A stretch of 64,000 bases of DNA from NCBI GenBank assembly GCA_964396555.1, contig CAYNFX010000001.1, forward strand, positions 14,685-78,684, given 5' to 3'. Below, one piece after another: positions 59,890 to 64,000 of this stretch; position 1 is the stretch's first letter; each line of letters begins with the position of its first letter. Below the pieces are notes generated by a model. That model ran no database searches, was not told the DNA's origin, and saw only the letters and a program-made list of their open reading frames with translations. The translations under genes were made by a program, and so were the position numbers. The stretch comes from an uncultured Alkaliflexus sp. Its GTDB lineage: Bacteria > Bacteroidota > Bacteroidia > Bacteroidales > Marinilabiliaceae.

Positions 59890-61221
59890 ATGAAAAAAGT
59901 ACTTGCCCTTGGTATCGTTTTACTCACGATTTTATCCGGATGTGGGAAATCAGGAAACGGAGAGCTCGTTGGCGTCTCTCGCAGTGGATCATTCTATGAG
60001 CCTGATCCTTTCGGAATGGTTTTCATTCCACAAGGAAGTTTTAACATGGGCTTGAATGACCAGGACCTGACAAATTCAATGACGACCCAGACTCGGACCT
60101 TGTCTATCCCTTCATTCTGGATGGATGAGACTGAGATCACAAACAGTGAGTATCGCCAGTTTGTATATTGGGTACGTGACAGTATAGCTCGCCGTATGCT
60201 TGGTGAGCAGTTTGAGGAAGAGTTTCTCTTCACAGAGGATGAGTTTGGTAACCCACTGGAAAATCCAATTATTAACTGGAATTCCAGACTTGAATGGGAC
60301 AATGAGGAGTATGCCGAGATACTTGAAGAGCTCTACCTGCCTGAGAATGAAAGATTTTTTCGCAGGAAAGAAGTCGACACTCGTAAGTTAAATTATGATT
60401 ATGAGTGGGTAGATTTGCAACAAGCGGCAAAGCGTACTAATCGGTATAATTTTGAAACCAACTCCTATGAGGGTGAAGTTGCAAATCAATTTGGTGAGAT
60501 TATACCTATTAACGACCGTTCTGCCTTTATTCTTAAGGATAGGGTAAATGTATATCCTGATACACTGGTTTGGATAGCAGACTTTACTTATTCCTTCAAT
60601 GAGCCATGGACAGAGATGTATTTCTGGCACCCTGGTTTTGATGAGTATCCTGTTGTAGGTGTAACCTGGAAGCAGGCTAATGCTTTCTGCGTATGGCGCT
60701 CTCAATTGCTTAACAACTTCCTGACATCAAAGGGTCAGCCTCCGGTAATGGATTACCGTCTGCCAACCGAGTATGAATGGGAATATGCTGCACGAGGTGG
60801 ACTTAGCAACAATATTTATCCTTGGGGAGGACTTTATACACGGAATGATAAGGGATGTTTCCTGGCCAACTTTAAGCCTTTGAGGGGTAGGTACGGAGAT
60901 GATGGTGGTATGTATACCATGAATGTGGCCTCTTTCCATCCAAATGATTTCGGATTGTATGATATGGCAGGTAACGTTGCAGAGTGGACATCAAGTGCTT
61001 TTGATGAATCTTCGCCGGTATTTATGCACGACATAAGCCCAACATATCAGTATAATGCACTTCCCGGTGACCATCACGTAATGAAGCGTAAGGTGATTCG
61101 TGGAGGTTCCTGGAAGGATATAGCACTTTTCCTTCAAAACAGTACCCGTACATATGAGTACCAGGATTCGGCCAAGTCCTATATTGGATTCAGGTGTATC
61201 CGCGATTATATTGGAAATTAA
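59890..61221 (+). CDS. gldK: GldK/PorK T9SS ring lipoprotein
   Basis: Lipobox LSGC, GELVG, FWMDETEITN, YPDTLVW, PVVGVTW.QA, RLPTE.EWEYAARGG, FGLYDMAGNV.EW (FGE-sulfatase fold). Confidence 0.95.
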   Translation: MKKVLALGIVLLTILSGCGKSGNGELVGVSRSGSFYEPDPFGMVFIPQGSFNMGLNDQDLTNSMTTQTRTLSIPSFWMDETEITNSEYRQFVYWVRDSIARRMLGEQFEEEFLFTEDEFGNPLENPIINWNSRLEWDNEEYAEILEELYLPENERFFRRKEVDTRKLNYDYEWVDLQQAAKRTNRYNFETNSYEGEVANQFGEIIPINDRSAFILKDRVNVYPDTLVWIADFTYSFNEPWTEMYFWHPGFDEYPVVGVTWKQANAFCVWRSQLLNNFLTSKGQPPVMDYRLPTEYEWEYAARGGLSNNIYPWGGLYTRNDKGCFLANFKPLRGRYGDDGGMYTMNVASFHPNDFGLYDMAGNVAEWTSSAFDESSPVFMHDISPTYQYNALPGDHHVMKRKVIRGGSWKDIALFLQNSTRTYEYQDSAKSYIGFRCIRDYIGN

Positions 61222-61251
61222 CTTAATTCGCCCACACTAAAAGATTAAGTC

Positions 61252-62211
61252 ATGAGTGGAAGTGGTTTTTTTGCTAGCCCCCTCTATAAGAAGATTATGG
61301 CCAAGGTTTATGGCATTGGTGCCTCTGTTGCTATCCTTGGTGCATTATGGAAAATTCTTCACCTTCCGGGTGCTAGTTATATGTTGATTGCCGGTCTGGG
61401 AACAGAAGCAATAATCTTTTTCCTTTCGGCTTTTGAGCCTCCGCATGAAATGCCTGACTGGAGTCTGGTTTTTCCTGAGCTTGTAGGACTGGAGCCACGA
61501 TATAATGTCGGTGGTGGAGGAGGTGGTGGAAGTGAACTGGCTGCTTTGATTCAGTCAGGTTCCATCGATACTTCAACAGTTGAGCAATTGGGTTATGGAC
61601 TGAAGAAATTGTCTGATACTGCTAGTGGTTTATCGCAGTTAAACGATGCCAGTCTGGCTACTCAGGCTTATCTGGAAACTATGAAGTCTGCTGCTAAAAG
61701 TGTGGGTGATTTGTCATCGGTTCAGGCAAACCTTGGTCAATCTGCTGAAGCTCTTGCAGGTAGTTACCAATCAACAGCTAGAATCGTTGCCGACAGTGGT
61801 GCTAAGTTTTCTGAGGACTTGTCAAAAACAGGTAATGACTTTATTGAAACAATAAAATCAACAGGCGATAACCTTGTTAAATCATATCAGGCAATAGGCG
61901 AATCTATGAACCAACAGGTTAATAAGATTGCCGCTGATGGAAAGAAGTATACTGAGGGTCTTGCAGAAGCAAACCAGAAGTTGACTTCAATAAATTCTGC
62001 TTATGAACTTCAATTGACCAGCATCAATGCTCAGGTTAGTTCATCGCAGGAGCTTTCTCAAAGCCTTAGTGAAATTAGCAAGCATTTAAATCAGTCTGTT
62101 GCCGATACTCAGGTATACAAACAGGAGGTTGCCAACCTGTCTAAGACTCTAAGTGAGCTTAATACAATTTATGGCAATATGTTGAGCGCGATGAGTGGGG
62201 GCGGTAAGTAA
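61252..62211 (+). CDS. gldL: GldL/PorL T9SS motor subunit
   Basis: YGIGASVAILGAL.K..H, GLGTEA.IF.LSAFEP, DWSLVFPEL, coiled-coil tail, IYGNMLSAM. Confidence 0.95.
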   Translation: MSGSGFFASPLYKKIMAKVYGIGASVAILGALWKILHLPGASYMLIAGLGTEAIIFFLSAFEPPHEMPDWSLVFPELVGLEPRYNVGGGGGGGSELAALIQSGSIDTSTVEQLGYGLKKLSDTASGLSQLNDASLATQAYLETMKSAAKSVGDLSSVQANLGQSAEALAGSYQSTARIVADSGAKFSEDLSKTGNDFIETIKSTGDNLVKSYQAIGESMNQQVNKIAADGKKYTEGLAEANQKLTSINSAYELQLTSINAQVSSSQELSQSLSEISKHLNQSVADTQVYKQEVANLSKTLSELNTIYGNMLSAMSGGGK

Positions 62212-62245
62212 ACAGATTAGTTCAAAACCTAAAGAAGAATAGAAT

Positions 62246-63790
62246 ATGTCTGGTGGTAACTGTCCTGAAACGCCGCGGCAAAAGATGATAGGCATGATGT
62301 ATCTCATGCTTACAGCTATGCTTGCTTTGAACGTGTCAGGTGAATTATTGAATGCATTTCTTCTGGTTGATAGAAGTATTCTTCAGGCCAAGGAATCTGT
62401 AGAAAAGAAAAATGCCTCCTTGTATGATGACTTTTATCAGGCTCATGCCACCAACCCTAATAAAGTTGAGACAAGCCTGCAGAAGAGCCTTCAGATAAAG
62501 GAAAAGGCAGATGCTCTGGTTAGCCATATTGACAGTTTAAAATATCTATTTGTCAGAACTGCCGATGGTCCTGAAGCAACACCTGAGAATTATAAGAATG
62601 TAAGCAACCAGGATATAGCCGCACAGTTGATGATTACTGAAAGGAGTGCTGCCAGGAGTAAGGAGTTAAAGGGCATGATCGATGAATACCGGGAGCTGCT
62701 GAAGAGTTATATTGACGATGATAAGTTCAAGGAGAATATTGAAAAAGTTCTTTCAACAGCTGCCCCTGAGAATAACGCTGATAACAGGTCCTGGGAAAGT
62801 GAAAAGTTTGAACACATCCCGATGGCTGCTTCTATGGCAATATTAAGCCAGATCCAGACATCAGTTAGAAATATGGAATCGGATGTTGTAAACAGGCTAT
62901 TTATTGGTATAGATGAGGATGCATTCAAGTTTAATTCCATTGAAGCGTTGGTTTTACAGCGTTCGGATTATGTGATTCAAGGTGATGAATATTATGCAGA
63001 GATTATGGTTGCTGGTCGTGATACGACCCAGCCCCCTATTGTAACTATCAACGGTACGGAATTGCAGACAATTGCAGGTCGTGGTATTTACAGGGTCCCT
63101 GCATCAAATGTTGGTGAGAAGTCATGGGAAGGTGATGTTATAATTAAAGGTCCTGATGGTACAGACCGTCATTTTCCAATAAAAGGAAAATACCTGGTTT
63201 CTGCTCCCAATGTCGTGATTTCTCCTACCAAGATGAACGTTTTTTATGAGGGTATCGCGAACCCGGTTGAAATATCAGTTCCAGGTATCCCGAGTGAGAA
63301 TCTAAATGTTACTATAAGCACCGGTAAGATTACCCGTAGAGGTGGTGGTTATATTGTAGAACCGGCCCCCGGTACCGCAGGACGTGAAGCTGTGATTTCT
63401 GTTTCTGCTAAGGTAAATGGCACTACTGCACGTAACCTTGGTAAGAAGAATTTTCGGATCCGTAGGATACCTGACCCGGTTGCAAAGGTTAATAATCAGA
63501 GGGATGGTGCAATTCCAAAAGCTTTGTTACTAGCACAGCTTGGAGTTGTTGCAGATATGGAAGACTTTGAGTTTGACCTTCAATTTAAAGTTACTGAGTT
63601 TACAGTGGCGATATTAAGGAATGGTTACCTGGTTGATGCCAAGTCGAACAATAACTTGTTTACGCAGGAGCAGAAAGATATGATGAGATCCTTGTCCAGG
63701 GGACAGAGAGTTATGATTCAGGATATTCAGGCGATGGGACCAGACGGACGTCGTCGCTCATTAGGATCAATTACTTTGGTCATTGACTAA
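62246..63790 (+). CDS. gldM: GldM/PorM T9SS motor subunit
   Basis: PRQKMI.MMYL.LTAMLALNVS, KMNVFY.G..NP, C-terminal Ig-like domains. Confidence 0.95.
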   Translation: MSGGNCPETPRQKMIGMMYLMLTAMLALNVSGELLNAFLLVDRSILQAKESVEKKNASLYDDFYQAHATNPNKVETSLQKSLQIKEKADALVSHIDSLKYLFVRTADGPEATPENYKNVSNQDIAAQLMITERSAARSKELKGMIDEYRELLKSYIDDDKFKENIEKVLSTAAPENNADNRSWESEKFEHIPMAASMAILSQIQTSVRNMESDVVNRLFIGIDEDAFKFNSIEALVLQRSDYVIQGDEYYAEIMVAGRDTTQPPIVTINGTELQTIAGRGIYRVPASNVGEKSWEGDVIIKGPDGTDRHFPIKGKYLVSAPNVVISPTKMNVFYEGIANPVEISVPGIPSENLNVTISTGKITRRGGGYIVEPAPGTAGREAVISVSAKVNGTTARNLGKKNFRIRRIPDPVAKVNNQRDGAIPKALLLAQLGVVADMEDFEFDLQFKVTEFTVAILRNGYLVDAKSNNNLFTQEQKDMMRSLSRGQRVMIQDIQAMGPDGRRRSLGSITLVID

Positions 63791-63822
63791 TTTGAATAAG
63801 GAAATATTTAAACAATACAACG

Positions 63823-64000
63823 ATGAGAAAACAGTGGATTTATTTCATAGGCCTGGTGGTTTTGGGTGTTGCGTTATCAGTTAATGATAGCTCTGCGCAG
63901 CGTACTTCCAAACCAATAGACAATATTGTGGAAAAGGAACATGTTAGTAATAAGAAACCGGTGCCTTATCCATCCCTACGTGAAGCTGACATTCTATGGT
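63823..64000 (+). CDS. gldN: GldN/PorN, N-terminal part (truncated by window end; absent from the ORF track)
   Basis: MRKQWIYFIGLVVLGVALSVNDSSAQ signal peptide, then KKPVPYPSLREADILW, matching the GldN P.PY...READ..W motif; follows gldM. Confidence 0.85.
   Translation, partial: MRKQWIYFIGLVVLGVALSVNDSSAQRTSKPIDNIVEKEHVSNKKPVPYPSLREADILW

Noticed and set aside
59890-61221. GldK as a formylglycine-generating enzyme
   Set aside because: It shares the fold, but the lipobox and porP-K-L-M-N context identify it as the T9SS ring protein.
1-64000. Many short antisense or alternate-frame ORFs in the track (e.g. 625-1164, 7225-7620, 23293-23838, 27497-27922, 31998-32450, 56586-57002)
   Set aside because: They overlap well-supported genes and show no recognisable motifs; treated as shadow ORFs.
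1-64000. CRISPR array, IS, integrase or prophage
   Set aside because: No repeat-spacer array, transposase, recombinase or phage gene seen; gene content is housekeeping throughout.

Overview
Core-genome segment of a Bacteroidota (class Bacteroidia) bacterium; a Marinilabiliales/Bacteroidales-like lineage is inferred from gene content, TAnnTTTG promoters and T9SS genes. It holds the 3' end of sdhA/frdA plus sdhB, a MATE cluster, rplM-rpsI-rpsB-tsf-pyrH, a DUF2723 GT-C glycosyltransferase with a deacetylase, purD, a ModA-like lipoprotein coupled to a hybrid histidine kinase, three tandem tonB paralogues, hflX, fhs, asd, a lamin-tail T9SS cargo protein, punA-lpxK-sppA, folK/upp/radC, tRNA-Glu-rpsT-tRNA-Glu, nagB, metK with a SAM-II-type riboswitch, polysaccharide genes, ribE, DUF4270 with a half-length glgA-like gene, panCD, radA, PBP1A, topA, an arginase-fold protein and the porP-gldKLMN T9SS/gliding motor locus (gldN cut by the window end). 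There are four tRNA genes (Gln, Ala, Glu x2). I saw no integrase, transposase, CRISPR array or rRNA. Nothing here is demonstrably a new system. The best candidates are the ModA-like/hybrid-kinase sensing pair, the unusual expression platform of the metK riboswitch, the DUF2723 enzyme and two apparent pseudo-enzymes. All family calls come from motif recognition by eye, not database searches.
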